Shown: positions 23,778 through 33,210 of the stretch, one piece after another
Position numbering within the stretch: the first letter of the stretch is position 1
Layout: each line of letters opens with the position of its first letter
NCBI GenBank assembly: GCA_052325545.1
Contig: JBKQUP010000009.1
Span: forward strand, 13,486 to 77,485
Source of the DNA: Thermoplasmata archaeon
GTDB lineage: Archaea; Thermoplasmatota; Thermoplasmata; Lutacidiplasmatales; UBA184
Direction of reading: 5' to 3'
Length of the DNA: 64,000 nucleotides
Made by a program: the position numbers and the translations under genes
The notes under the pieces: model-generated
The model's input: only the letters and a program-made list of their open reading frames with translations
Told to the model about the DNA's origin: nothing
Databases searched by the model: none

Positions 23778-23880
23778 CGGCTTGACCGCCTACGGTTTCC
23801 GGGGGCGCTCGCCCACGGAAAGCGTTCGGTCCCAACCACCAACCAAACGTTTAAACATCGGCGGCCGTCCGCGCGCCGTC

Positions 23881-26448
23881 ATGGATGCAGCCGAGTACGA
23901 CCTGCCCTTCTTCCACAAGGGTGGATTTCACCGGCGTACCTGCGTCGTCTGCGGGCACGCCTTCTGGACCCTCGGCGAGTTCGACCGCTGTCAGGAGGCA
24001 CCGTGCCGCGACTACGGGTTCGTCGGCCACCCGATCCTCGGGCGACCCTACGACCTTCGCACGATGCGGGAGACGTTCCTCTCGTTCTTCGAGCGACGGG
24101 GCCACACCCGGATCCGACGGTATCCCGTGGTCGCCCGGTGGCGGAACGACGTCTTCTTCACACAAGCGTCGATCTACGACTTCCAGCCCTGGGTGACGAA
24201 CGGGACGATCCCGCCCCCCGCGAACCCGCTCGTGATCAGCCAGCCGGTCCTGCGGTTCATCGACCTCGAGGAGGTGGGCCGGAGCGGGCGGCATTTCACG
24301 CTCTTCGAGATGATGGCGCACCACGCGTTCAACCGGCCGGACCACGAGGTCTACTTCAAGGAACGGTGCGTCGAGCTCTGCGACGAGCTCTTGACGAGCG
24401 ACCTCGGGGTCGACCCGAAATCGATCACCTACAAGGAAGAGGTCTGGGAGGGCGGAGGGAACGTCGGCCCGTCGCTCAGCGTGAGCGTTTCGGGCCTCGA
24501 GCTGGCGACGCTGGTCTTCATGATGTATGTCCGCGACGGCGAGCGACTGAAGCCGATGCCGCTCCAAGTCGTGGACACCGGCTACGGCCTCGAGCGGTTC
24601 GTCTGGGCGAGCCAGGGGACGAAGAGCGCCTACGAGGCGGTCTTCGGCCAAGAGTACGACGAGTTCCGGCGCACCTTCCCTCCGCGAGAGACCGCGCTCC
24701 TGATCGACCACGCGCGCGCCCTCAACTTCCTCCTCACGGACGGCGTCGTGCCGTCGAACAGCAAGGAAGGGTACTTCGCTCGCCTCCTGCTCCGACGGTC
24801 GCTGCGGATCCTCCAGAAAGCGCCCGAGGCCCCGGATATCCTCTCCGTCCTCGACCGCGTCGGCCGCGAGATCGCCCGCGATTTCCCCGAGGTCGGGGCG
24901 CACCGGGACGACATGCACAAGGTGGTCCTGGCCGAGGTCGAGCGGTACGAGGACGCTATCGGCCGCGCGCGACAGACGATCCGTAGGTACGAGGAACGGG
25001 TCCTCTCGACCGGCGGACGCGTCGGCGAGGAGACCCTCATCGAGTGGTACGACTCGCTCGGCGTTCCGCCCGACCTCGCGGTAGAGGAGCTCTCCCAACC
25101 CCCGGCGATCCCGGAGGATTTCTACTCCCGCGTGGCCGAACGCCACGAGAACGAGGGGCCGACGACGGAGTACGCGGACGCGACCGACGGGCTTCCCGAG
25201 CTTCCCGCGGGGACGCCGCCCACCGAGGTCCTCTACTATCTCGACCCGTACACGGTCAGCTTCGAGGCGCACGTCGTGTGGTCCGAGGGCCCGTTCGTCG
25301 CGCTCGACCGTACGTACTTCTACCCCACCGGGGGCGGCCAAGTGACGGACAAAGGGTTCCTCGGAGACCTCGAGGTCGTCGAGGTCGCGCGTCGCGGGCC
25401 GTGGGTCCTGCACCGGCTCGAGCGCTCATCGCCGTTCTCGGTCGGGGAGCGCGTCCGGGCGAAGGTGGACCAGGCGCGCCGCACCCAGCTGATGCAGCAC
25501 CACACCGCCACGCACCTTCTGAACGGCGCGTTGCGCGAGGTCCTCGGCCCCCACGTCTGGCAGGCCGGAGCGTACAAGGGGACCGAAGCCGCTCGGATCG
25601 ACGTCACCCACTACCGGGCCCTCTCGAAGGAGGAGCTCCACAAGGTTGAGCGGCGGGTCAACGCGGTCGTCCGCGAGGACCGACCGGTGAAGAGCTACTT
25701 CGAGACCCGCGGCGAGGCGGAGCGCCGGTTCGGCTTCACGCTCTACCAGGGCGGCGCCGTCCCCGGCCGCGACCTCCGGATCGTGGAGGTCGAAGGGTTC
25801 GACGTGGAGGCCTGCGGGGGAACCCATTGCACGCACACGAGCGAGGTCGGGGCGATCGCGATCACCGACGTCGAGCGGATCCAGGACGGGATCGTCCGCC
25901 TCACGTATGTGAGCGGGGACCGGGCGCTCGACGTCCGTGACGAGCACGAAGCGATCCTGCACGAGGCCGCCCACCGGCTCGGGGTGCCGGTCACCCAGCT
26001 CCCCGACGGCATCGACCGGCTCCTCACCGAGGTCGAGGATTCCCGCAAGAACGCCAAGGAACGGAAGAAAGGGGACCTCGGAGCGACCGCGACCAGTCTC
26101 CTCGCCGACCCCGCCCGGAACGAGGTCGTGGGGGGAACGGTGATTGTCAGCGGAGTCGTCAACCTCGACCGCAATGAGATGATGGAGCTCTCCCGACTCC
26201 TGACCAAGGACGGACGACGGGTCGCGCTCCTCGCGAGCGAGCGGGACGGACGCGGGCTCCTCTTCGTGGGCTCGACCGAACCGAAGGTCTCGGCCCTGGC
26301 GACGCTCGACGCGGCGAAGGCCGATTTCGCCGGCAAAGGCGGAGGGAATCCTTCGGCGGCGACCGCGGTGGGAGAGCCGGGCACCCCGCTCACGAACGCG
26401 CTCGAAGCGAGCCGAAAAGCCGCGCGTCGGGCGGCGGGCGAGGAATAA
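23881..26448 (+). CDS. alaS: alanine--tRNA ligase (archaeal type)
   Basis: Track ORF 23722..26448 trimmed to ATG 23881 (MDAAEYDLPFF...); TTTAAAC TATA-like about 25 nt upstream; the HTATHLL class-II motif region is present. Confidence 0.95.
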   Translation: MDAAEYDLPFFHKGGFHRRTCVVCGHAFWTLGEFDRCQEAPCRDYGFVGHPILGRPYDLRTMRETFLSFFERRGHTRIRRYPVVARWRNDVFFTQASIYDFQPWVTNGTIPPPANPLVISQPVLRFIDLEEVGRSGRHFTLFEMMAHHAFNRPDHEVYFKERCVELCDELLTSDLGVDPKSITYKEEVWEGGGNVGPSLSVSVSGLELATLVFMMYVRDGERLKPMPLQVVDTGYGLERFVWASQGTKSAYEAVFGQEYDEFRRTFPPRETALLIDHARALNFLLTDGVVPSNSKEGYFARLLLRRSLRILQKAPEAPDILSVLDRVGREIARDFPEVGAHRDDMHKVVLAEVERYEDAIGRARQTIRRYEERVLSTGGRVGEETLIEWYDSLGVPPDLAVEELSQPPAIPEDFYSRVAERHENEGPTTEYADATDGLPELPAGTPPTEVLYYLDPYTVSFEAHVVWSEGPFVALDRTYFYPTGGGQVTDKGFLGDLEVVEVARRGPWVLHRLERSSPFSVGERVRAKVDQARRTQLMQHHTATHLLNGALREVLGPHVWQAGAYKGTEAARIDVTHYRALSKEELHKVERRVNAVVREDRPVKSYFETRGEAERRFGFTLYQGGAVPGRDLRIVEVEGFDVEACGGTHCTHTSEVGAIAITDVERIQDGIVRLTYVSGDRALDVRDEHEAILHEAAHRLGVPVTQLPDGIDRLLTEVEDSRKNAKERKKGDLGATATSLLADPARNEVVGGTVIVSGVVNLDRNEMMELSRLLTKDGRRVALLASERDGRGLLFVGSTEPKVSALATLDAAKADFAGKGGGNPSAATAVGEPGTPLTNALEASRKAARRAAGEE

Positions 26449-26568
26449 TCGTTCTCCTCTTCTCGGTACGAAAGCTTTACTTTAGGATAGCACCCATGAT
26501 GGCACGGGATACGGAATGGCTCGTGGGACTTCAGGGCCCTCGTTCCTTCCGTAGATAGAGAACCTAAC

Positions 26569-28113
26569 ATGACCGCGAGCGAGGGAAGTACCGTCGGCGG
26601 GGTGCCGGCTGAGGTGATCACCTTCCTGAGCGGGAAGGGAGGGCGGTCGCTCATCATCAAGGGCGGCGCGGGAACGGGGAAGACGACCTTCGGGCTCGAG
26701 CTGCTCGAGCGCGTCGGTCAGCCGAACCGGTCGTACTACCTTTCCACGCGTATCGGGGACGAGGCGCTGTTCCGGCAGTTCCCGTGGCTGAGGACCTCGG
26801 AGATGCGGACCCGGGTCCTCGACGCGGCGAAGCTGTTCCTCGATGCGATCCAGGCGTCCAGTCGGTCCCGGGACGTCGAGCTCCCCGAGGTCGAGGCGAA
26901 GAAGGTCCGGGCCGGCCGAGAGGTGCTCGCGAGCTTCGGCCAAGAACGCGGACCTCCGACCCGGGTCGACCGCACGCATCTCACCGCCCTCCTCAAGCGG
27001 AGCCCGATGCCCGAGGTGGAGAACGTCTACCAACGCATCGAGCGAGCCCTCCCGGAGAAGTCGCTGCTCGTCATCGACTCGCTCGAGGGTGTGACCCACA
27101 AGTACGGACTCGAGATGGAAGAGTTCGTCATGGCCCTCCAGAAGGACCTCGTCGAGGCGTCCAGCACCGACGTCGTCATGATCCTCGAAAAGCCCGAGGC
27201 GGGCGGGATCGAGTACCTCGTCGACGGTCTCATCTCCATCCAGCGCGAGGAGCTGGACGAACGACGCGTGCGCCACCTGCGTCTCGAGAAGCTCCGGGCG
27301 ACCAACATCGGGCGGGCCCGCTACGCGGTCACGCTCGACGGAGGGCGCTTCGAGGCCCTCGGGAACACTTCGGCCCCCGCCGCCGTAGCCTCGAACAGTC
27401 CGTGGAAACCGGTCACCGACGCCGAGAAGTACTACTCCACGGGCGTCCCCGATTTCGACCAGCTCCTCGGGGGTGGGTTCCGCCGAGGGAGCTTCAACGC
27501 GTTCGAGGTCGACGTGAACGTCGGCGTCGACGACTACTACATGCTGTTCACCCCCACCTTCCTGAACTTCCTCTCGCAGGGCCGGGGCATCATCGCGGTG
27601 CTCGCCGCGGGCGAGTCCCCCGACAAGCTCCGGGACACGGTGATCCGCCACGTGTCGGCGAACCAGTTCGACACGCGCGTCCGGATCCCCGACTACTCCG
27701 CGAACGAGACCGAGGAACCGTACATCCTCCCCATGGGCCGCTACGGCCGCGAGGAGGCGGCGAAGGCGATGGTGGCCGCGGAGCGGGCGGTCGCCGGACC
27801 GGACCGCAAGCCGTTCCTCGAGTACATGGCGTTCGACACGTTCGAGAGCCTCATGGGCGACCAGGTCGCGATCCGGATGTATTTCCAAGGGGTCTCGCGC
27901 ACCAAGCACGTGGGGAACCTCGGGATCGGTCTGCTGAAGCCGGGGCTCCTCGTGTCGAGCGAGATCCTGAACATGATGGACTCGTACTTCCGGATCATCA
28001 ACATCGACAGCGCGACGTGCATCTACGGGATCCGGCCGCGAACGACCATCTACGCGATCAGCCCGGACCCGGAGAAGGGCGCCCCGCACGCGACGCTCAC
28101 CCCGATCGTATAG
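26569..28113 (+). CDS. tandem KaiC/RecA-like ATPase (N-domain with intact Walker A/B, C-domain degenerate)
   Basis: GGAGTGKTTFGLELL Walker A, LLVIDSLEG Walker B; the second half repeats the fold (GVPDFDQLLGGGFRRGSFNAFEVD) but lacks a P-loop. Confidence 0.7.
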   Translation: MTASEGSTVGGVPAEVITFLSGKGGRSLIIKGGAGTGKTTFGLELLERVGQPNRSYYLSTRIGDEALFRQFPWLRTSEMRTRVLDAAKLFLDAIQASSRSRDVELPEVEAKKVRAGREVLASFGQERGPPTRVDRTHLTALLKRSPMPEVENVYQRIERALPEKSLLVIDSLEGVTHKYGLEMEEFVMALQKDLVEASSTDVVMILEKPEAGGIEYLVDGLISIQREELDERRVRHLRLEKLRATNIGRARYAVTLDGGRFEALGNTSAPAAVASNSPWKPVTDAEKYYSTGVPDFDQLLGGGFRRGSFNAFEVDVNVGVDDYYMLFTPTFLNFLSQGRGIIAVLAAGESPDKLRDTVIRHVSANQFDTRVRIPDYSANETEEPYILPMGRYGREEAAKAMVAAERAVAGPDRKPFLEYMAFDTFESLMGDQVAIRMYFQGVSRTKHVGNLGIGLLKPGLLVSSEILNMMDSYFRIINIDSATCIYGIRPRTTIYAISPDPEKGAPHATLTPIV

Positions 28114-28121
28114 AGCGGGCC

Positions 28122-28775
28122 CTATCGGGGCAACCCGAGCGCCAGGACCCCCACGCCGTAGAGGAAGAGCCCGGGCACGAACGTCATCACGAGGTCGTCG
28201 TCCACCCACGGCCATTTCGGGCGCTCCGCGGCGACCGCGAGCGGCGCCGCGGCCGCCGCGAGCAGGGCCGAGAGGCCGGCGGGCCACCCTCCGATCGCCG
28301 CGAGCCCCACGAACGCGAGGAGCCCGTAGGCCCCGAGGGGGAGCCCGACCGTGAGGACCGGGGACGAGGACTGGCGGCGGAGCTCGCCCGCAACCGGGTC
28401 GACGATCGCCGTCCCGAGCACGACCGCCGCCGCAATGGGGAGCGGGAAGAGGAGGACCGCGAGGACGAGCGCGAGCGAAAAGAAGACGAAGCTCGCGATC
28501 CGATGGGTCTCGTAGGGACGGATCGTCGGGAGCTCGAGCCCGGCCGTGTGCCTCAGGGCTTCCAGGACGAGCATGACCGCGAGGGCCGCGAGGAGGACGT
28601 CCGCCTTCGGCGCGATGACGAAGAAGTCGTCCGGGATGGCGTAGTAGACGAGGACGAGGGCGCCGAGGAGGTGCAGGATCCTTCGCCACGCGCGGTCGCC
28701 GAGCTCCTCGTCGCCCCCGAGCGCGGCGCCGAGCCAACGCCGGAACCGACCATGCCAGTGAAGTCGGAGTTCCAT
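28122..28775 (-). CDS. integral membrane protein (possibly polyprenol/dolichol-kinase-like)
   Basis: 217 aa, 6-7 hydrophobic helices. The family assignment is tentative. Confidence 0.45.
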   Translation of the reverse strand: MELRLHWHGRFRRWLGAALGGDEELGDRAWRRILHLLGALVLVYYAIPDDFFVIAPKADVLLAALAVMLVLEALRHTAGLELPTIRPYETHRIASFVFFSLALVLAVLLFPLPIAAAVVLGTAIVDPVAGELRRQSSSPVLTVGLPLGAYGLLAFVGLAAIGGWPAGLSALLAAAAAPLAVAAERPKWPWVDDDLVMTFVPGLFLYGVGVLALGLPR

Positions 28776-28858
28776 GGCGCGCTCGAGGCCTCCTATGGGT
28801 CGGAAGGCAGAGCCCGCCGGCCGAGAAAGGTTTTCTTGCCGGAGCGCTCGACCGCTAC

Positions 28859-29320
28859 GTGAAGGTCACGGTCCTCGTGGGGTCGAAGTCGGACCTCGAG
28901 GTCGCCGAGAAGGTCCGGGCGCGCCTCGCGGAGTTCTCCGTTCCGTGCGAGGTCCACGTGGCCTCCGCGCACCGCACGCCCGAGAAGGTCGACCGGCTCG
29001 TCCGCGACCCGGCGACCGACGTGTTCATCGCGATGGCCGGCCTTTCGGCCGCGCTTCCCGGCGCGGTCGCGGCCCGGACATTGAAGCCGGTGATCGGCGT
29101 CCCGCTCCATCGGGGCCTCGGCCTCGACAGCCTCCTCTCCGTCGTCCAGATGCCCCCCGGAATTCCGGTGGCGGCGGTCGGGCTCGACGCCGCGGAGAAC
29201 GCGGCGCTCCTCGCGACCGCGATCCTCGCCCTCAAGTATCCGGAGCTCACGGCCCAGCTCGAGAAGTACCGGGCGAAGTGGCACGAGGAACCGTCGGCGT
29301 CCTCGGGGAGCTCGGGATGA
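28859..29320 (+). CDS. purE: N5-carboxyaminoimidazole ribonucleotide mutase (PurE)
   Basis: GTG start verified; VLVGSKSDLEV...ASAHRTP...GLSAALPGAVAARTLKPVIGVP...SLLSVVQMPPGIPVAAV matches PurE. Confidence 0.9.
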   Translation: MKVTVLVGSKSDLEVAEKVRARLAEFSVPCEVHVASAHRTPEKVDRLVRDPATDVFIAMAGLSAALPGAVAARTLKPVIGVPLHRGLGLDSLLSVVQMPPGIPVAAVGLDAAENAALLATAILALKYPELTAQLEKYRAKWHEEPSASSGSSG

Positions 29321-30264
29321 ACGACCCGGCCGCGTTCGTCGAGGAAGCCGTCCGCCGCCTTCGCGCCGATGTGGCCGAGCGGACGATCGTGGCCGCTTCG
29401 GGCGGGATCGATTCGACCGTCGCCGCGCTCCTCGCCCACCGGGCGCTGGGGGACCGGGCGAAGGCGATCTTCGTCGACACGGGCATGCTGCGCGCGGGCG
29501 AGGTGGAGCAGGTGGGTCGGTTCTTCGCTGCGAGCCACCTTCCCTACGAGCTCGTGCCCGCGGCCGACCTCTTCTTCGAGGCGCTCGCGGGCGTGGCCGA
29601 CCCCGAAGAGAAGCGACGTCGGATCGGGGCGGCGTTCGTCCGGGTCTTCGAGACGGAGGCCGACAAGTTCCATTGCGACCGGCTCATCCAGGGGACGATC
29701 GCGCCGGACTGGATCGAGAGCGGAGGGGCCCTCCGGGACACGATCAAGACCCATCACAACGTCGGCGGGATCCCGAAGGACATGCGGCTCACGCTGGTCG
29801 AGCCGCTTCGGGACCTCTACAAGGACGAGGTGCGGGCCGTCGCGCGCCATCTGAATATCCCGGAGTCCGAACGCCAGCCGTTCCCCGGTCCCGGTCTCGC
29901 CGTCCGGGTGAACGGACCGATCACCCGGGAGCGGGTCGAGCGCGTGCGGGTCGCGAACGCGATCGTCGAGGAGGAGGTCCAGCGCGCGGTCGAGGCGAAG
30001 GAGATCGCCCGGCCGTGGCAGTATTTCGCGGTGCTCCTTCCGGTCCGAACGGTCGGCGTCACGGGCGACAACCGGGTGCACGGTGAGGCCGTGGTCGTCC
30101 GGGTCGTGGAATCGGTCGACGCGATGACGGCGACCGCGATGGCCCTCCCGCGCCCGGTGCTCTCTCGGATGTCCGAGCGGATCACCCGGGCGCTGGCGGG
30201 CGCCGTGGTCCGAGTCCTCTACGACGTCACCGACAAGCCGCCCGCGACCATCGAGTGGGAATAG
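29317..30264 (+). CDS. guaA: GMP synthase subunit B (ATP pyrophosphatase domain)
   Basis: ATG 29317 overlaps the purE stop (ATGA). SGGIDSTV PP-loop, KTHHNVGG, C-terminal ...YDVTDKPPATIEWE dimerisation motif. No GATase subunit adjacent. Confidence 0.9.
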   Translation: MNDPAAFVEEAVRRLRADVAERTIVAASGGIDSTVAALLAHRALGDRAKAIFVDTGMLRAGEVEQVGRFFAASHLPYELVPAADLFFEALAGVADPEEKRRRIGAAFVRVFETEADKFHCDRLIQGTIAPDWIESGGALRDTIKTHHNVGGIPKDMRLTLVEPLRDLYKDEVRAVARHLNIPESERQPFPGPGLAVRVNGPITRERVERVRVANAIVEEEVQRAVEAKEIARPWQYFAVLLPVRTVGVTGDNRVHGEAVVVRVVESVDAMTATAMALPRPVLSRMSERITRALAGAVVRVLYDVTDKPPATIEWE

Positions 30265-30325
30265 CGGCCGCCCGCCCCGAAGGGAATATCTATCGCACCC
30301 ATGCTCGCGCTCCGAGGATGAGCTC

Positions 30326-30553
30326 GTGACCGAGAAGTCCCCCCCGTCCGAACCGACGCGCTCGGTACAATTACCGGCGGAGCTCGTGGCGGCGCTCGAG
30401 GAGCGGTTCCGCGGCACCTCGTTCGAATCCGTGGACGCGTTCATCGCCTTCGTTCTCGCTCGCCTTCTCGACAAGCCCGGGACGACCGGGTTCAGCGAGG
30501 AGGAGGAGCGGGGACTGAAGGAACGCCTGCGCTCCCTCGGGTACATCGACTGA
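30326..30553 (+). CDS. small ribbon-helix-helix-like protein (hypothetical)
   Basis: 75 aa, GTG start; SVQLPAELVAALEER... beta-strand/helix pattern. Confidence 0.4.
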   Translation: MTEKSPPSEPTRSVQLPAELVAALEERFRGTSFESVDAFIAFVLARLLDKPGTTGFSEEEERGLKERLRSLGYID

Positions 30554-30562
30554 GCGGCGACC

Positions 30563-30862
30563 ATGGACCCCCCGACCGGTGCAACGAGCGCGCTCGTGTG
30601 TCCGTTCTGCGGAGCCCCGGAGACCGACCGCTTCACGCTCGAGGGCCACCGGTTCCTCGTGTTCCGGTGCCTGTTCTCCCCCCAGGTCGAGGAGGGGCTC
30701 ACGGACGACGAGGTCGGCGAGCGGCTGCGCGCGTTCGCCGCCGAGCAACCGACCTACTTCCGCGGGACCTGCGACCGCCTCCACCTCTACGTGACGAAGG
30801 GGGAGGGGGCGCGCCGGTTGGGAGCGGAACCGGCCCCCGATACACCCTCGAAGGACCCGTAG
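30563..30862 (+). CDS. small Cys-containing hypothetical protein (CPFCG zinc-ribbon-like)
   Basis: 99 aa; a 9-nt gap after the preceding small ORF suggests co-transcription. Confidence 0.35.
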   Translation: MDPPTGATSALVCPFCGAPETDRFTLEGHRFLVFRCLFSPQVEEGLTDDEVGERLRAFAAEQPTYFRGTCDRLHLYVTKGEGARRLGAEPAPDTPSKDP

Positions 30863-30948
30863 CCCCTACCGTCCCGGGAGCCCGCAGTCACGCCCCCGGG
30901 CGGTCCCCCGCGAACCACGGACACGACCGAGCGGTGCGGCGGTCCGCG

Positions 30949-31395
30949 TCACTCGTCGGCCGGGACCTCGGCGTCGACCTCGATCTCGACCTTCATGGCC
31001 GGGTCGATGAGCGCGGCCACCTGGACGAGCGAGTTCGCGGGTCGGATCTCGCCGAACCGCTCCCCGAGGGCGCGGGCGATCGCCTCGAAGTCGCCCATGT
31101 CGGTTACGTAGACCCGCACGCGGACGATGTCCTCCCGCCGGCTCCCGAGGGCGGTCAGCGCGCGCTCGACGTTGTCGAGGGTCTGGACCGTCTGGGCGTA
31201 GGCGTCCCCGCGGCCCACGACCGACCCGTCCGGCGCGGTCGCGGTCGTGCCCGAGACGTAGATGTGCGAGCCGACCCTCAGCGCGCGGCTGTACCCGACC
31301 TTGGGTTCCCACGGCGTTCCGCTCGCGTAGCGGGTCCGGTCGGTCCCGGCCCCGTCACGCGGGAGCGGACGCGTTGACCTTCGCGAGGGCGCCAT
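30949..31395 (-). CDS. ridA: RidA/YjgF-family reactive-intermediate deaminase
   Basis: Track ORF 30949..31575 trimmed to ATG 31395 (verified); SHIYVSGTTA...AYAQTVQTLDNVERAL...VRVRVYVTDM...ANSLVQVAALIDPAMKVEIEV matches RidA. Confidence 0.8.
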   Translation of the reverse strand: MAPSRRSTRPLPRDGAGTDRTRYASGTPWEPKVGYSRALRVGSHIYVSGTTATAPDGSVVGRGDAYAQTVQTLDNVERALTALGSRREDIVRVRVYVTDMGDFEAIARALGERFGEIRPANSLVQVAALIDPAMKVEIEVDAEVPADE

Positions 31396-32239
31396 CGGTG
31401 TGCACCAGGTGACGGTGGAGGCCGATCTCCTCAGGGGATGCCCCGAGCGCGAGCGCGACGACCTGCGGCAGGTGGAAGATCGGCATGTCGAGCGGGGTGC
31501 GGACCTCCTTCGCCGCCTTATTCTGGTAGGCATCGAGCGAGAGGTGGCAGAGCGGGCACGGCGTCGCCATCGCATCGGCCCCGTGCGCCTTCGCGTCGAG
31601 GATCTGGCGGCCGGCGATCGCGCTCGCGGTGGACGGCTTGACGAACTGGATCGGGAAGCCGCAGCACATCACCCGGCCTCGGTAGTCGACCGGGGTCGCG
31701 CCGATGGCCGCGAGGAGGTCCTCGAACGAGCGGGGCTCCTCGGCGCTCTCGCTCTGCATCTCGTCCGCGGGGCGGAGGAGGTGGCAGCCGTAGAACGCCC
31801 CGACCTTCATCCCGTGGAGCGGCCGGCGCACCTTCGCCTTCACGGCGGGGAGGCCGATGTCCTCGGTGAGGACCTTCAGGAGGTGCTTCACCTGCACCGT
31901 TCCCTTGTACTCGATCCCGATCGGTTTCAGCGCCGCGTCGACCCGGGTCCTCACCTTCGGGTCCTGCATGCGGACCTTGGCGAGGTTGAGCATCCCCTGG
32001 CACGTCGAGCAGATGGTGAGCACATCGAGGCCCGCCTTCTCGGCGATCGCGAGGTTGCGCGCGTTGATGGCGATGTTCAGGACCTCGTTCGCCTCGTCGA
32101 TGAACCCGGAACCGCAGCACGAGAAGTTCGGGAACTCGACGAGCTCGATACCGAGCGCCCGGCAGACCCACCGGGTCGCCATGTCGAGCTCCTTCGCCGA
32201 CTCCTGCGCGACGCAGCCGGGGTAGTACGCGATCTTCAT
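31355..32239 (-). CDS. sdhC: succinate dehydrogenase subunit C, HdrB-like with two CCG (Cys-rich) domains
   Basis: Track ORF trimmed to ATG 32239 (verified, AAGGAGGAA SD, ATGA overlap with sdhB). Two CCG motifs: NFSCCGSGF and VMCCGFP. Confidence 0.85.
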   Translation of the reverse strand: MKIAYYPGCVAQESAKELDMATRWVCRALGIELVEFPNFSCCGSGFIDEANEVLNIAINARNLAIAEKAGLDVLTICSTCQGMLNLAKVRMQDPKVRTRVDAALKPIGIEYKGTVQVKHLLKVLTEDIGLPAVKAKVRRPLHGMKVGAFYGCHLLRPADEMQSESAEEPRSFEDLLAAIGATPVDYRGRVMCCGFPIQFVKPSTASAIAGRQILDAKAHGADAMATPCPLCHLSLDAYQNKAAKEVRTPLDMPIFHLPQVVALALGASPEEIGLHRHLVHTDGALAKVNASAPA

Positions 32240-33210
32240 GGTTCCTCCTTCGGGGGCGGGTCCAGAGCCGCGTAGATCTTCTCGATCTCGTCCATCCCTT
32301 CGATCTTGCGCGGTTTCTTCATGATCTCGGGCTTCTTCCGATAGATCCGGATCCCCTGGCCGAGCTGCCCGAGCATCCCGCCGAGCCCGTAGGTCGCCCG
32401 GACGAGCTTCATCTCGTTCAGCTGGCCGGCCCCCTTCAGGTTCTCCTTGAACCCGACGGCGTGCTTGGAGCCCATCTCGTTGGCGCCCTGCACCGAGATC
32501 GCCATCTCCTTCAGGTCCCGGATCCGCTCGGACGGTCGGACGTCCTTCGGGCACGCCTCGGTGCACAGGTGACAGCGCAAGCAGAGCCAGAGGCCGTTCG
32601 GCTGGATCCGACGGAGCCGCTCCTCATGCGCCGTGTCGCGCGGGTCGACCGCGAACCGGTAGAGCTTCGCGAGCGCCATCGGACCGGGGAACCCGGGGTC
32701 CGCCTCGGCGGCCGGGCACGCGGAGTAGCAGGCCGCGCACGCGATGCACCGCGGGACCTCCTTGAACCGGTCCACCTGGGCCGGGGTCATCGAGGTCGCC
32801 TTGCCCTCGGGCATCGGGCGGCGGGGGTCGAGCTTCAGGTGAGGCTCGATCTTGTTGTACTCTCCCCAGAACCGGCTCTGGTCGACGATGAGGTCCCGGA
32901 TCACGGGCTGGTTGCGCATCGGTTCCACCACGATCCGTCCGTGACGGGCGACCTCGGGTCCGACCTGCGTCTCGCACGCGAGCCGGCTCTTCGAGTTGAT
33001 CTGCATCGCGCACGACCCGCAGATCGCGCTCCGGCACGAGTAGCGGAGCCCGAGGCTCGGGTCGACCTCGGACCGGATCTGCAAGAGCGCGGTCAGGATC
33101 GGAGTGTGGGGAACGAGGTCGAGCGTGTACTTTTGGTAGCGAGCGGTCGTATCCTTACCGGGTTGATACCGGTAGACCTCGAACGGTACGGAGACCTTCT
33201 CTTCGGACAT
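32236..33210 (-). CDS. sdhB: succinate dehydrogenase / fumarate reductase iron-sulfur subunit
   Basis: 324 aa; CRSAICGSC, CIACAACYSACP, CLRCHLCTEACP cluster motifs. Confidence 0.9.
   Translation of the reverse strand: MSEEKVSVPFEVYRYQPGKDTTARYQKYTLDLVPHTPILTALLQIRSEVDPSLGLRYSCRSAICGSCAMQINSKSRLACETQVGPEVARHGRIVVEPMRNQPVIRDLIVDQSRFWGEYNKIEPHLKLDPRRPMPEGKATSMTPAQVDRFKEVPRCIACAACYSACPAAEADPGFPGPMALAKLYRFAVDPRDTAHEERLRRIQPNGLWLCLRCHLCTEACPKDVRPSERIRDLKEMAISVQGANEMGSKHAVGFKENLKGAGQLNEMKLVRATYGLGGMLGQLGQGIRIYRKKPEIMKKPRKIEGMDEIEKIYAALDPPPKEEP

Noticed and set aside
23722-23880. Upstream extension of alaS, and likewise extensions 20406-20477 of folC, 31396-31575 of ridA and 32240-32566 of sdhC
   Set aside because: The extensions overlap neighbouring genes or promoters and lack homology; internal starts give canonical N-termini.
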